In this document: positions 20,230 to 30,611 of the stretch, in pieces | Layout: the number at the start of each line of letters is the position of its first letter | Numbering within the stretch: position 1 is the stretch's first letter | The notes under the pieces: model-generated | Database searches by the model: none | Told to the model about the DNA's origin: nothing | What the model saw: the letters and a program-made list of their open reading frames with translations, nothing else | Assembly: GCA_963805085.1 (NCBI GenBank) | Contig: CAWDTA010000004.1 | Coordinates: forward strand, 1 to 64,000 | Direction: 5' to 3' | Origin: an uncultured Veillonellaceae bacterium | Lineage (GTDB): Bacteria; Bacillota; Negativicutes; JARBTT01 | Length of the DNA stretch: 64,000 nucleotides | Position numbers and translations under genes: made by a program

Positions 20230-20655
20230 CTATTGCTGCTGTACGGAGGATGAGCCGTATTGCCCTTGTTGCTGTGATTGCCACGGTTGTTGCGTTCCAT
20301 ATTGATTCCATCCCGCTTGATTATTTGTACTATTACTTTTTAGACTTTGGATTGCCCCTGACACTTCATTCATTTTATGCTGGATTGAGTTTAAAACATA
20401 TGAAGACATCTCTAAACGTTCATTGATCGCATGATCGAAGAACTGCGTAGATTGAGATACTTGATTAGCCATATTTCTGATGTTTTGAATTGATCCGATA
20501 GCGTTCTGGATATTTCCAGAATTGATAGCCATGACAGCGTTGTCGCAAGTTGAAACAATGTCTTGCGATAGGGTTTTAGCTTTGTTGACCTCAGTTATTA
20601 ATGTTTGTCCATGGCTTACAGCGTGTTGCAAAAAAGGATTTGTTTGTTGATACAA
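20230..20655 (-). CDS. Q/N-rich hypothetical protein
   Basis: 141-aa ORF with an AGGAGG RBS, TTG start and a downstream terminator-like hairpin. Confidence 0.7.
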   Translation of the reverse strand: MYQQTNPFLQHAVSHGQTLITEVNKAKTLSQDIVSTCDNAVMAINSGNIQNAIGSIQNIRNMANQVSQSTQFFDHAINERLEMSSYVLNSIQHKMNEVSGAIQSLKSNSTNNQAGWNQYGTQQPWQSQQQGQYGSSSVQQQ

Positions 20656-20744
20656 TATATTCGCCTCCTAAAATATTATAAGATAGTAATTCCTATTTTA
20701 ACGGATTTTTATTCGTAATCTATGACGATTTTTAACACAAAAAT

Positions 20745-20850
20745 AAAAACCACTCGTCCAACGGGTAGTTTGAACTGAGGCTGTAAGCCCCTATTACTAG
20801 CCAGCGTCTAAAGGCACTGGCTTTCACTTTGTTCAAGCTACTGTGGTTTT
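20745..20850. mobile_element. IS200/IS605-family end remnant
   Basis: AAACCACTCGTCCAACGGGTAGTTT and GCCAGCGTCTAAAGGCACTGGC hairpins, which I recall as Firmicute IS200 ends. Confidence 0.55.
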
Positions 20851-20968
20851 GTCAATTTTTTCCACCCATCAAGGGATGGAACTTATCGATCAGCTAATAG
20901 CTATGCCTTTTTGCTCGTAATATTGACAATTGAATTTTCGAGACTCTCTCTCCTAGGTTTGATTCCCT

Positions 20969-21155
20969 GCTTTATGTATTACTAATACTTGCTACAGGTT
21001 ACATTATCGCAATAAAAAAAGGGATAACCGCCCAGTCCTGCAAGATTTAGCGGTTAAACTCTTTTGATTTAATCTCTATATTTTTGTCAGGTGAGCCGTC
21101 TATCGGTAGCAGCTTTTATATTGTTTATCACAAATCAAATGCTATACATTGTCAG
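20969..21155 (+). pseudogene. Type I TA module copy 2, 5'-truncated
   Basis: Matches copy 1 from codon 6 onward. No toxin promoter, SD or start; antitoxin promoter degenerate (CTGACA/TGTGAT). Confidence 0.8.
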
Positions 21156-21177
21156 CAACTGGAAACAATCGCTTGAC

Positions 21178-21203
21178 AGACAAAAGTACTCGCCCCTTTG
21201 TAT
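21178..21203 (+). repeat. REP-like site
   Basis: AGACAAAAGTACTCGCCCCTTTGTAT. Confidence 0.65.
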
Positions 21204-21442
21204 ATATATCCATCATCGTTGTGGGAATATCTAATATTTTAAGTCTAACTCTTTCATTTTTAAAGTACGCTAATTCTACAATATCCATAAATTCTCATTT
21301 GTGCTTTTAGTACAGAACATTCTTACTGGTATTGCCCCTACTATAGAAATCCCCTACTCCTAATCTAGTACTATCACTTTTGGGGGTTAGCATATTTTAC
21401 TTCTTTACTTGAGGTTTCCATTTAATAAAATTCAAAAAAATA

Positions 21443-21499
21443 TTGCTACAAAAAAAGTAGCATGCTATAATATCGGTAGCATGCTACTTTTTTTGTAGC
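21443..21499 (+). promoter_or_regulatory. Promoter overlapped by two GCTAC-N7-GTAGC operators (likely for the HxlR regulator)
   Basis: TTGCTA-17-TATAAT; TGCTACAAAAAAAGTAGCA and TGCTACTTTTTTTGTAGC. Confidence 0.7.
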
Positions 21500-21537
21500 G
21501 TGCACATTAAATATACATATTAGAAAGAGGTGCGGTT

Positions 21538-21732
21538 ATGCCAGTAATTACGATGAAAATGAAAAAAACTCAGCCAGAAAAGAAAAAGGAATTGATTGAG
21601 AAATTAACTTCTGCAGCTGTTGAAGTTACCAATTCTCCAGCAAGTGCTTTCACTGTCTTTATTGAGGAATATGAGCCTGATAGTATTGGTATCGGTGGGC
21701 AGACATTGATTGAAAAATTAGCTAACAAATAA
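21538..21732 (+). CDS. 4-oxalocrotonate tautomerase family protein
   Basis: 64 aa with the N-terminal catalytic Pro and a GIGG motif. Confidence 0.9.
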   Translation: MPVITMKMKKTQPEKKKELIEKLTSAAVEVTNSPASAFTVFIEEYEPDSIGIGGQTLIEKLANK

Positions 21733-21825
21733 GATAAAAATACTTAAGTTCCTCGCTTTTCTATGACGAGCGAGGAACGTTTGACAAAATTTATATTGAA
21801 AGATATTTCTTAAGGAGGATTTACT

Positions 21826-22176
21826 ATGTCAGTTCCATGTCCAGGTAAACCAGTTAGAGGATCCAAATCTGGTGTTCCAATTATGGCTCTCTTTGATCTT
21901 TTAGGTAATAATTGGTCAATGGGTATCATTTGGAATTTACAGAAAGGCTCTTCTACCTTCAGAGAACTTCAGAAACGATGTGAGTCAATCTCTCCTACAA
22001 TATTAAACACCCGTATCAAGGAGCTTAGAGAAGCCGATATCGTAGAGCGTACTAATGATGGTTACCAATTAACTACGCGGGGAAAAGCGCTCATGGAGTT
22101 GTTGCGTCCATTTGGGGAGTGGTCACGTGCTTGGTCAGAAGAGGTATTCAACTATTCAAAAACACTCGACAATTAA
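21826..22176 (+). CDS. HxlR family regulator
   Basis: LFDLLGNNWSMGII..FRELQ..ISPTILNTRIKEL. Confidence 0.9.
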   Translation: MSVPCPGKPVRGSKSGVPIMALFDLLGNNWSMGIIWNLQKGSSTFRELQKRCESISPTILNTRIKELREADIVERTNDGYQLTTRGKALMELLRPFGEWSRAWSEEVFNYSKTLDN

Positions 22177-22286
22177 ATATGCTCTTGTAAAATGATATGA
22201 TTATAAAAACAAATTACGTCATACAGAATATGGTATATGGCTAATTTTACAGTCTATAGCTTTTATAAAAGAAAGGATAAATTTGA

Positions 22287-23099
22287 ATGAGTTTGCTTAA
22301 TGTGAATAATGAAAAATGTATTGGCTGCGGCATTTGTGCTGAGGTTTGTCCAAAGAATTATATTGGAATGACTGGGGAAAGGATTCCGATTGATGCTGGA
22401 CTTACCTGTATCGCCTGTGGTCACTGTGTTGCTGTCTGTCCCAAATCGGCATTAGATCATGCTCACGCGTCTCTTAACGGTCAAGTTTTGTTAGATAAGA
22501 CTCCGGTTTTGAATGCTGAGACGGCGGAAAGTTTTCTTCGGGCCAGACGTTCTACACGGGTGTATAAAAAAGACGCAGTTCCAAAAAACAAAATTCTAAA
22601 GCTACTAGATATTGCCAGATTAGCCCCTACAGGTAATAATACCCAAGGCGTGCAGTACTTGATTATAGATAATAAGAATACGCTACAGGCTATTACCAAA
22701 GCTACGGTAGCCTGGATGGATGAAGCAATTTCCCAAGGGGAACCATCGGCAGCTTCTTTTTCCGATTTAGTGGGACACTATCATAAAACAGGGCTAGATG
22801 TTATTTTGCGAAATGCACCATGCTTTATCCTAGCACTGTCCGAGAAAAGTTTTACGCGTGGGCGTGATAACACCCATTTTTCTCTTGCGTATGCCGAATT
22901 GTTTGCATCAAGTCTTGAATTAGGAACGTGCTATGCAGGCCTTGTCGAGGCATGTGCTAGGTCTGGCTATCAGCCGTTGCTTAAAGTATTGGACATTCCA
23001 GAAGAGTTAATAGTCACTGGCGGGATTATCGTTGGTTATCCTAAATACACTTATAAACGACTAGTAGATCGGTCTCAATTGAAAGTAACTTGGCGTTAA
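22287..23099 (+). CDS. Nitroreductase with N-terminal 4Fe-4S dicluster
   Basis: Two CxxCxxCxxxCP motifs and RRSTR. Confidence 0.92.
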   Translation: MSLLNVNNEKCIGCGICAEVCPKNYIGMTGERIPIDAGLTCIACGHCVAVCPKSALDHAHASLNGQVLLDKTPVLNAETAESFLRARRSTRVYKKDAVPKNKILKLLDIARLAPTGNNTQGVQYLIIDNKNTLQAITKATVAWMDEAISQGEPSAASFSDLVGHYHKTGLDVILRNAPCFILALSEKSFTRGRDNTHFSLAYAELFASSLELGTCYAGLVEACARSGYQPLLKVLDIPEELIVTGGIIVGYPKYTYKRLVDRSQLKVTWR

Positions 23100-23275
23100 A
23101 TTATGCGTTACTTCGTCTACATATTGTAATGTTTTGTCGAATACGTAGAAATATATCCACAACCAGAAAAAATTGCGCAAGACAGTATAATCCGTTAAAA
23201 TATAGTTTAGGCTCTATTGTCTAAAGCAGAAAAGCAGACTATGTGCTTCTGCAAATCCATGAGAGGGTGGTTTTT

Positions 23276-24121
23276 ATGATCCAGGATATTGGACCAAAAA
23301 TATTCAATAATAATTTTAAAAATCAAAAAGCCAAGGTATCTGATGTTTTCCTTTCATATGAGGGAGATACAGTTCTAATAAAAGAAGATAAAGACAAGCT
23401 ATGGTACCCGTCTTTTGCCGATTTTCAAGAGAAATATCCTTCGCTTATAGAGAAAGCACAGTTTCTTTTCACCATCAATGAAATTAATTACTATCTGGCA
23501 GACGAACAGGGTCTTGATTCCGTGGAGGGCTGGATTTATGTAAATGTCCGCCGCTTCCGTTCAGAACCAAAATATTGGCGTTCCTTTGCCGGTGCTGTCG
23601 GCTGGCAGCTAAACCGCTGGTATTCGGATCATAGATTTTGCAGCAAATGCAGGAATCCCTTGAAAAAATCCGATAAAGAGCGCATGCTCTATTGTGAAAG
23701 CTGCAGCTTTCAGATCTACCCCAAAATTTCACCAGCGGTCATTGTCGGTGTATATGACAAAAACCGTCTCCTTTTAACAAAATATGCCGGAAGAGAACAC
23801 GTTCGTCATGCACTGATTGCCGGTTTTGCGGAAATCGGAGAAAGCCTCGAACAAACAGTTCATCGTGAAGTACTAGAAGAAGCCGGATTGAAAGTAAAAA
23901 ACCTGAAATTTTACAAAAGCCAGCCGTGGCCGTTTACCGATACGCTCCTTGCCGGATTTTATGCCGAGCTCGACGGCGATGATGCCATCACAATGGAAAC
24001 CGATGAGCTTTCGCTAGCCATCTGGGTGGAACGGGAAAATATTCCAGTAGAAGATGAACTGCAAATGAGTCTGACCAGCGAAATGATATCCGCCTTCAAA
24101 AAAAATGAATTTAATTTATAG
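23276..24121 (+). CDS. nudC: NAD(+) diphosphatase, copy 1
   Basis: Zinc ribbon, Nudix box GESLEQTVHREVLEEAG and SQPWPF. Confidence 0.92.
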   Translation: MIQDIGPKIFNNNFKNQKAKVSDVFLSYEGDTVLIKEDKDKLWYPSFADFQEKYPSLIEKAQFLFTINEINYYLADEQGLDSVEGWIYVNVRRFRSEPKYWRSFAGAVGWQLNRWYSDHRFCSKCRNPLKKSDKERMLYCESCSFQIYPKISPAVIVGVYDKNRLLLTKYAGREHVRHALIAGFAEIGESLEQTVHREVLEEAGLKVKNLKFYKSQPWPFTDTLLAGFYAELDGDDAITMETDELSLAIWVERENIPVEDELQMSLTSEMISAFKKNEFNL

Positions 24122-24165
24122 GGACACGGGGACATGTTGCAGTAGCAGTGCAGGGTACTTGTCAC
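24121..24165 (-). repeat. REP-like site abutting the nudC copy 1 stop codon
   Basis: Reverse strand ends CAACATGTCCCCGTGTCCC; homology with nudC copy 2 ends here. Confidence 0.55.
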
Positions 24166-24198
24166 ATGAAAATACCTAAAATTTTACCGCCTCAAGTT

Positions 24199-25638
24199 TG
24201 ATCTGACCCCAAAAAGTTAGACAAAAAATGAATTATGCAACTAATGAGGATTGAATCCTGTATCGCACAGGGCTCAGTCCTTTTAGTTTGCTCTTAATTC
24301 GTTTATTGTTGTAGTAGTCTATATATTTTTCTAGTTCAACTTTAAATTCCTCTATAGAGCTAAACTTTCGCAAGTATAAAAGTTCTGACTTAAGTAGCCC
24401 AAAGAAATTTTCCATAATTGAATTGTCTAAGCAGTTTCCTTTTCGAGACATACTTTGGATTATTCCTTTATCTCTGAGCCTTTTTTTGATAATGTTTGTG
24501 CTGATATTGCCATCCTTGATCAGAATGAAATATAAGATTTGTATCAGTTGGAATCTTTGCAAAAGCTTTATCTAACATATCCATCACTTGCCCTAATATA
24601 GGTCTTTCGCTAATGTTATAACTTATAATTTCACTATTATACATATCCAATATCGGCGATAAATATAATTTAGTGCCAAACAACGAAAACTCCGTTACAT
24701 CTGTTGTCCATTTCTGATTTGGTGCATCAGCTTTAAAATTTCTCTGAATAAGGTTCGGGGCAATTTTCCCTGTTTCACCCTTGTAAGAACGATATTTTTT
24801 GACTCTTACCATACATTTAATTTTCAATGCGTTCATTAAACGTTGTACTGTCTTATGATTGATTTTATGGCCTATATTCGTTAATTCCATTATAATTCTA
24901 CGATATCCATATCTACCTTGATTTTCATGATAAATGGCTATAATTTAATCTTTGATTGTTTTATATTTATCAGGTTCATTCGATTTTTTCAAATAATAAT
25001 AGTATGTGCTGCGTGGTATCTTAACTAGCTCTAATAATGCTGTCAGTTTATATTTCTGCCTTAATTTGGTTATGACAGCTACTTTATCGGCTTCTCCGAT
25101 TTTTCCCGCTTTTGAATTAAGGCATTCAATTTTTTTAGGTATTCATTCTCCATACGAAGTCTCTGGACTTCTAATAAAAGCTCTTCATTATTTTCGATGT
25201 TCTTACGTTCTTTTTTAATTCCCATTTTACTTGACCTTCCTCTGCGTTCTTCATACAGAGCAGCCTTGCCTTTTTCGTAATAAATACGCTCCCATGTGCT
25301 TATAGATGGATGAGATGGAATATTAAAATGTGCAGCAGTCTGGCGAATTGATGCTCCTGTATTATGCATATATTCTACGACAGAAACTTTAAAATCGCCA
25401 GTATAAGTTCTATGAGTTGTACAAAGACCATCAATACCATGTTCTTTGTAAGCTCCTACCCATTTTTGAATATCACTTTTATGTACATGATACTCATTAG
25501 AAAGTGAATTGAATCCAATATCACCTTTTAGATAGTGTTGTACTATTTTCATCTTTAATTCTGTAGTATATATTTTCTTTGGCATAAAAATACCCCTTTC
25601 ATTAGACTTTTTTTGTCTAACAAAAGGGGTTCACTTCA
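24199..25638 (-). mobile_element. IS3-family (IS150-like) element with inactivated orfB
   Basis: Ends TGATCTGACCCC.. and ..GGGGTTCACTTCA; orfA 25079-25585; orfB ([21 protein letters not shown]) is broken by a stop near 24945 and a frameshift in the T-run near 24481. No target duplication seen. Confidence 0.92.
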
Positions 25639-25663
25639 CAATAAAGAAACGTCCTTTCTGTCA
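25638..25663 (+). repeat. REP-like site abutting the IS3 end
   Basis: ACAATAAAGAAACGTCCTTTCTGTCA. Confidence 0.45.
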
Positions 25664-25781
25664 TATTGACAGTACCAAAAATCAGAAGCCTAACTGTTCA
25701 TGTTGCTTTAATAAATTGTATCTGCTATCATAGTAGTTTGTAAGAAAAGTACAAAATATATGATAAAAATGAGGGAAGAGT

Positions 25782-26845
25782 ATGGGCCTAGATCACACTT
25801 TGGATGAGCAAGAGCCCCAACATCAGCGACGTATTCGCTATAAAGGCACTCACCCTAAGAATTTTAAAGAAAAATACAAGGAACTGCACCCAGAGCAATA
25901 TGCTGATGATGTAGTAAAGATTATTCAGAAAGGCAATACCCCTGCCGGTATGCATATTTCAATTTGCGTTAAAGAAATATTGAAATTCCTGCAAATCACA
26001 CCAGGACAAACCGGATTAGATGCAACACTAGGCTATGGCGGTCATACTTTAGAGATGCTCAAATGTTTAGATTCAAAAGGGCACTTGTATGCAATTGATG
26101 TAGATCCTATTGAATTGCCGCGCACCAAAGCTCGTTTAGAGCGTTTGGGTTATGGCCCCGAAATCTTAGAAATCAAGCAGATGAACTTTTCCCAAATAGA
26201 TCAAGTTGCTTCCGAACCAGGGTCATTCAATTTTGTATTGGCAGATTTGGGCGTTTCTTCTATGCAAATAGACAATCCTGAAAGAGGCTTTTCCTTTAAG
26301 GCAGAAGGGCTGTTGGACTTACGGCTTAACCCCAAAAGGGGGAATCTGCAGCAAGTCGTTTAAAAGAGATGACATTAGATGAATTACAGGATATGTTGAT
26401 AGAAAATGCTGACGAGCCTCATTCTCGACCAATCGCTCGCGCCATTATTTCCAACATAAAAAAAGGAATTGATATATCAACAACAACACAACTCCGAAAT
26501 ATCATCAAAGATGCTCTGAAATCGATTCCACAAATTACTGAAGATGAGATTAAAAAATCTTGTCAACGATCCTTTCAAGCGTTGCGAATTGATATCAATA
26601 ATGAGTTTGAAGTGTTAGATGAATTTTTAGAAAAACTTCCTGATGTCCTTGCTAAGGGTGGACGCGTTGCCATACTTTCATTTCATTCAGGAGAAGATCG
26701 TCGCGTTAAAAAATCTTTTAAACACTTTTTTCGTGAAGGCGTTTATCGTGAAATAGCACCCGATCCTATTCGTCCATCAGCAGAAGAATGTCATGTCAAC
26801 AGTCGTGCACGTTCTGCTAAATTACGTTGGGCAATCAAAGCATAA
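25782..26845 (+). pseudogene. RsmH/MraW-like methyltransferase paralogue, frameshifted
   Basis: DATLGYGGH and DLGVSSMQID in one ORF, FQALRI and SFHSGEDR in the next; the shift lies at CCCCAAAAGGGGG (about 26330-26342). Confidence 0.85.
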
Positions 26846-27102
26846 GGTGTAATTTTCGGCACTACATCTACCTTTAAAGACCAGATTTCAGCTTTTCTTT
26901 ATTATTTTTTTAGAAAGGCATGAACCATCGCGTTTCGCATAGGTTCATGCCTTTTTTACAGCTAAAGTTGGTACGATTCTCCCCAATTGATCTTAAGCGA
27001 ACACGTGTCTTTTACGGACATACCTATTAATTGCAAATATAGCCATCAGGCTTGTCTTATGTGAATTTAACACGTAGGTGTCTCAATTCACTGCCTACGT
27101 AT

Positions 27103-27327
27103 AAAAGCGACGAATACCTAAGTACTCGTCGCTTTTATTTATTTGTAATGCTATTTTACTTCAACCACGTTTCATTATAAACATCAATCGCTGCTTGATG
27201 TTTACCCATGATTTTTTGTGCAGTTTTTAAGCTTTGCTCTACTTGTTTGTAGGAAGTACCACCAAAGAAATTACGATTTTCTACGCAGGTTTCTGCTTTG
27301 ATTGCTTCTAAGATATCGGCTTCAAAT
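27103..27327 (-). pseudogene. argH: Diverged copy of the argH 3' end plus terminator
   Basis: [44 protein letters not shown] matches the ArgH C-terminus; AAAAGCGACGA..TCGTCGCTTTT hairpin. Confidence 0.9.
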
Positions 27328-27381
27328 AGTGCTACGATAACGGTAGGCGGTTTACCTTCCCCACAGAAATGGTGTGAACAT

Positions 27382-27453
27382 ATGGGAACTATGGAGCTTT
27401 ATGTATTACTAATACTTGCTACAGGTTACATTATCGCAATAAAAAAGAGATAA
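27382..27453 (+). CDS. Type I toxin peptide, copy 3 (promoterless)
   Basis: MGTMELYVLLILATGYIIAIKKR; SD altered to GGTGTG; antitoxin promoter intact at 27555-27583. Confidence 0.7.
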   Translation: MGTMELYVLLILATGYIIAIKKR

Positions 27454-27605
27454 CCGCCCCAATCCTCTCCAAGATTTAGCGGTTAAACTCTTTTGATTAA
27501 TCTCTATATTTTTGTCAGGTGAACCGTCTATCGGTAGTACCTTTTATACTATTTATCATAAATCAAATGTTATACATTGTCAACAATTAGGAGTAAACGC
27601 TTGGC

Positions 27606-27631
27606 AGACAAAAGTACGCATCACTTTGTCT
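27606..27631 (+). repeat. REP-like site
   Basis: AGACAAAAGTACGCATCACTTTGTCT. Confidence 0.8.
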
Positions 27632-27645
27632 ATTTTGATGAAAAA

Positions 27646-28405
27646 TCATATTTCGGATTCTAGAAGAAAGTTTTTTAACTCCCAAATTTCAACGCTAGTT
27701 CCACAATACATATTTCTAAGTTCTTCTAGTTTTAGGGAAATTTCCGCAAACTCTTTTCTATGGATTTCTTGTTGTTTTGATGAAAACCAAGTATAAAATT
27801 TCTTAATTAGCATAGTCATTTACTACCCCTAAGATATCAATATAATTAGCTTCTTCGTATTCTTTCAAAAAAATATAGGCATCCTTACTCCAACCGTTCT
27901 ATTCTAGCAACTTATCTACTGATAAAAAAACTTTTTTTGTACTAGTACCGCACCCAGTGCACTCCGGAATTTTTCTATGTACGATATAATTTCTAAGATC
28001 TTGAAGAAATCTCACCATTGGCAATGTTCCAATCTCTTTTCCAAATGCTTTACATTCTTCGCCAAAAGCCATTTTAGAATATATACTATTTGTCAATACA
28101 CGAGTATGATCCACTAGCGTTTTTATTGCAGATGTAAAATTATGTAGACATCTCATAACATTTTTCTGATGCTCTCGCCCCTCTTGTACTGATCGAAACT
28201 TTGGAATTTCTGTACTACTACCATCATCCATTAATTCTGTTATTTCCTTCCAATTTTCTTTAAATATATAATAACTCATTGTCAATGCACTTATTTTTTC
28301 AATGAGTTTCCACTCTTTACTTTCTGCAATTTCTTGATAAAAAATTTCACGTCGATCTGCAGGTGTTTCAAAATCAGAAAAATCCATATTAAATTTATCC
28401 AACAA
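27646..28405 (-). pseudogene. HEPN-like protein with nonsense and frameshift lesions
   Basis: LRNYIVH (Rx4H) motif; LLE*NGWS suggests TGG to TAG; plausible coding sequence continues after a shift near 27812. Confidence 0.55.
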
Positions 28406-28509
28406 TCCCCATCTCCCAACTTCTATTTATGCTCTAAGTGTCATTTGTTAAAAATTTACAAAAATTATATTTACTTATAACCTGAAATGGAATTTTTAAT
28501 ATTAAAACT

Positions 28510-28862
28510 TTACTCAAATAAAGTTCCTATTTTCCCCCATAAAATATTATCTAGATCAATATCTTCTAAAGTATTAAGAGTGTTGAAAATAGGCGTACCT
28601 CTAATGCATGCACCTATAAATATGAATTTGCCACATGCTTTGCATTTAAAATAATGACAAACGGTGTAGTGTAACTCACTCCCCAGATGATCCAATACAT
28701 CTTCTATTGGACAGTCACCTGCAAAAAGTTCAATACGCTTTTGACTTTCCATCTCCTTCAACATCATTAATAGTGGCATATAGTTATAATGTGGTTCATT
28801 TTTTGTGGTTCATTTTTTGCTGCCGTAAATACGGATTTTATAAAATCGCAAGTTTTACACAC
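28510..28862 (-). pseudogene. Cys-rich hypothetical protein frameshifted by a 14-bp tandem duplication
   Basis: GTGGTTCATTTTTT occurs twice at 28791-28818. Removing one unit gives a 112-aa ORF starting MCKTCDF. Confidence 0.65.
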
Positions 28863-29007
28863 TATTTTTACTCACCTTCTAATATAACTTATTAAAGCAC
28901 GAACATAGATAATGCAAGCATTATCTCCATTTGCTTTCTCTGTACTTCCTTACTAGATTATTAAATGCCATTTTATATTGATTGGGTCTCTCGACCAATT
29001 ATGAATT

Positions 29008-29478
29008 TTATTCTTGACACTCTTCCTTCGAATTATTTTTATCTGGCATCATACCCATCACTAGAATTACCATTAACAGATCAGGGTTAACTATAACTTT
29101 AAAAAATCCATTAAAAATCCAAAATAGCATCATAACTATCATAAAAAATTTAGAATGTATCATACACCGACATCGTTGTATGATACTACTAATTGCTAAA
29201 CTTTCATAAAAAATTATCAATATGGCTCCCAGATTTCTCATTGAATCATAAACTAAAATATTATGATTTTCGAATACTTTGGAAAATACAATAATTAAAT
29301 ATACTATTATATCTAGAAGTAAACATATCATCCAGCGCCAAAAGAATTTTTTTCTTGTAATCTTCTGACTCACATCAATCCAAGAAACATGTAATTTTAT
29401 TCCCAAATAAAGGATTAAAATCACTGTACCATATACTATTAATTTGCTATTTATATCACTTATAGATATCTCTATCAT
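29008..29478 (-). CDS. Membrane protein, possibly DUF805-like
   Basis: ITRKKFFWRW followed by several TM segments; GGAGG RBS. Confidence 0.6.
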   Translation of the reverse strand: MIEISISDINSKLIVYGTVILILYLGIKLHVSWIDVSQKITRKKFFWRWMICLLLDIIVYLIIVFSKVFENHNILVYDSMRNLGAILIIFYESLAISSIIQRCRCMIHSKFFMIVMMLFWIFNGFFKVIVNPDLLMVILVMGMMPDKNNSKEECQE

Positions 29479-29555
29479 ATCTTTACCTCCTGAAAGAGAA
29501 CAAAATCGTTTCTCAATCTTTATAATCCGTTACCAGCTATTCTATAGGGTTGATT

Positions 29556-30335
29556 TTACTTTTTCGATTCTTTCAATGCAACTAATACTTTATGCATGTC
29601 ATTTAAATCATCAACAGTTAAGTTTTGAAAGTCTTTTAATTTAGATATTGCTTGATCAATAGTTTCATTTTTATAGCTGGACTTTTCATTGCTACTAATG
29701 AAAAAAGTTGAAATTGCGCCAGTAAGCGTACTTAAAAAGCCAATCCCAATTAGCATTAAAACAGCAGCTATCATTCTGCCTCCAAAAGATTGAGGGGCAA
29801 TATCACCATAGCCAACTGTTGTGGTTGTTACAAATGACAGCCATAGTGCATCGCCGATTTCCATATCATCAATATAAGAAATTGCGAGAGCACCTAAGAA
29901 TATTACAGAAAAAGTGAACCATAATATGTGGTGAAAATTATTCGTAGTCAGTATTCGACTTATACGATTATAAACTCGATTTAAATAGATAAACCCTCGT
30001 ATCATATAGGCAAGTTTAGCTAAACGAATCGCACGGAAACATTGAAAAGTATCAAAAGGAATAATTGCAATAAGGTCAATGATATTGTGTTGAATGAAAT
30101 GCATTCGATTCTCTGCTACTATAAGTCTAGCGAAGTAATCAATAACAAAAAACACCCATACACTAAAATCAACTTCATTTAAAATACTAGCTTCTGGCTC
30201 GGAAAAGTCTACTTTGCTTTGCATAACAAACGATATGACGTATCCAATAGATAAAACAGACATAAAAATATCGTAATATATTTTATATTTAGCAAAGTTG
30301 ATTTCGAAATTACGTAGAGTTTGCCTAACGATCAT
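29556..30335 (-). CDS. Potassium channel family protein
   Basis: TTVGYGD selectivity filter and S4-like RAIRLAK. Confidence 0.9.
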   Translation of the reverse strand: MIVRQTLRNFEINFAKYKIYYDIFMSVLSIGYVISFVMQSKVDFSEPEASILNEVDFSVWVFFVIDYFARLIVAENRMHFIQHNIIDLIAIIPFDTFQCFRAIRLAKLAYMIRGFIYLNRVYNRISRILTTNNFHHILWFTFSVIFLGALAISYIDDMEIGDALWLSFVTTTTVGYGDIAPQSFGGRMIAAVLMLIGIGFLSTLTGAISTFFISSNEKSSYKNETIDQAISKLKDFQNLTVDDLNDMHKVLVALKESKK

Positions 30336-30611
30336 ATCTGGTACAACTCCTAGAAAAAAGATATTATTTTTAATAATACTCTAGTTTGCATGTCTTATGT
30401 TGTAAGATTTTGTCGAATATGTAAAAATAGAAAGATGTCCCTTATGAATAATTTGGGTTTCAGCATGTTTTTCTCCATTCCTTGTCGAAATAAAACAAAT
30501 ACACCTATAAACCAATCATTTTTCCCAGGCAATAAGCAAAAGTAATTGGTTTTATGAGAAATAGGCATTTGCTTTATACGTACAATCGTTCTATTCTAAG
30601 ATAAAGGAGTA

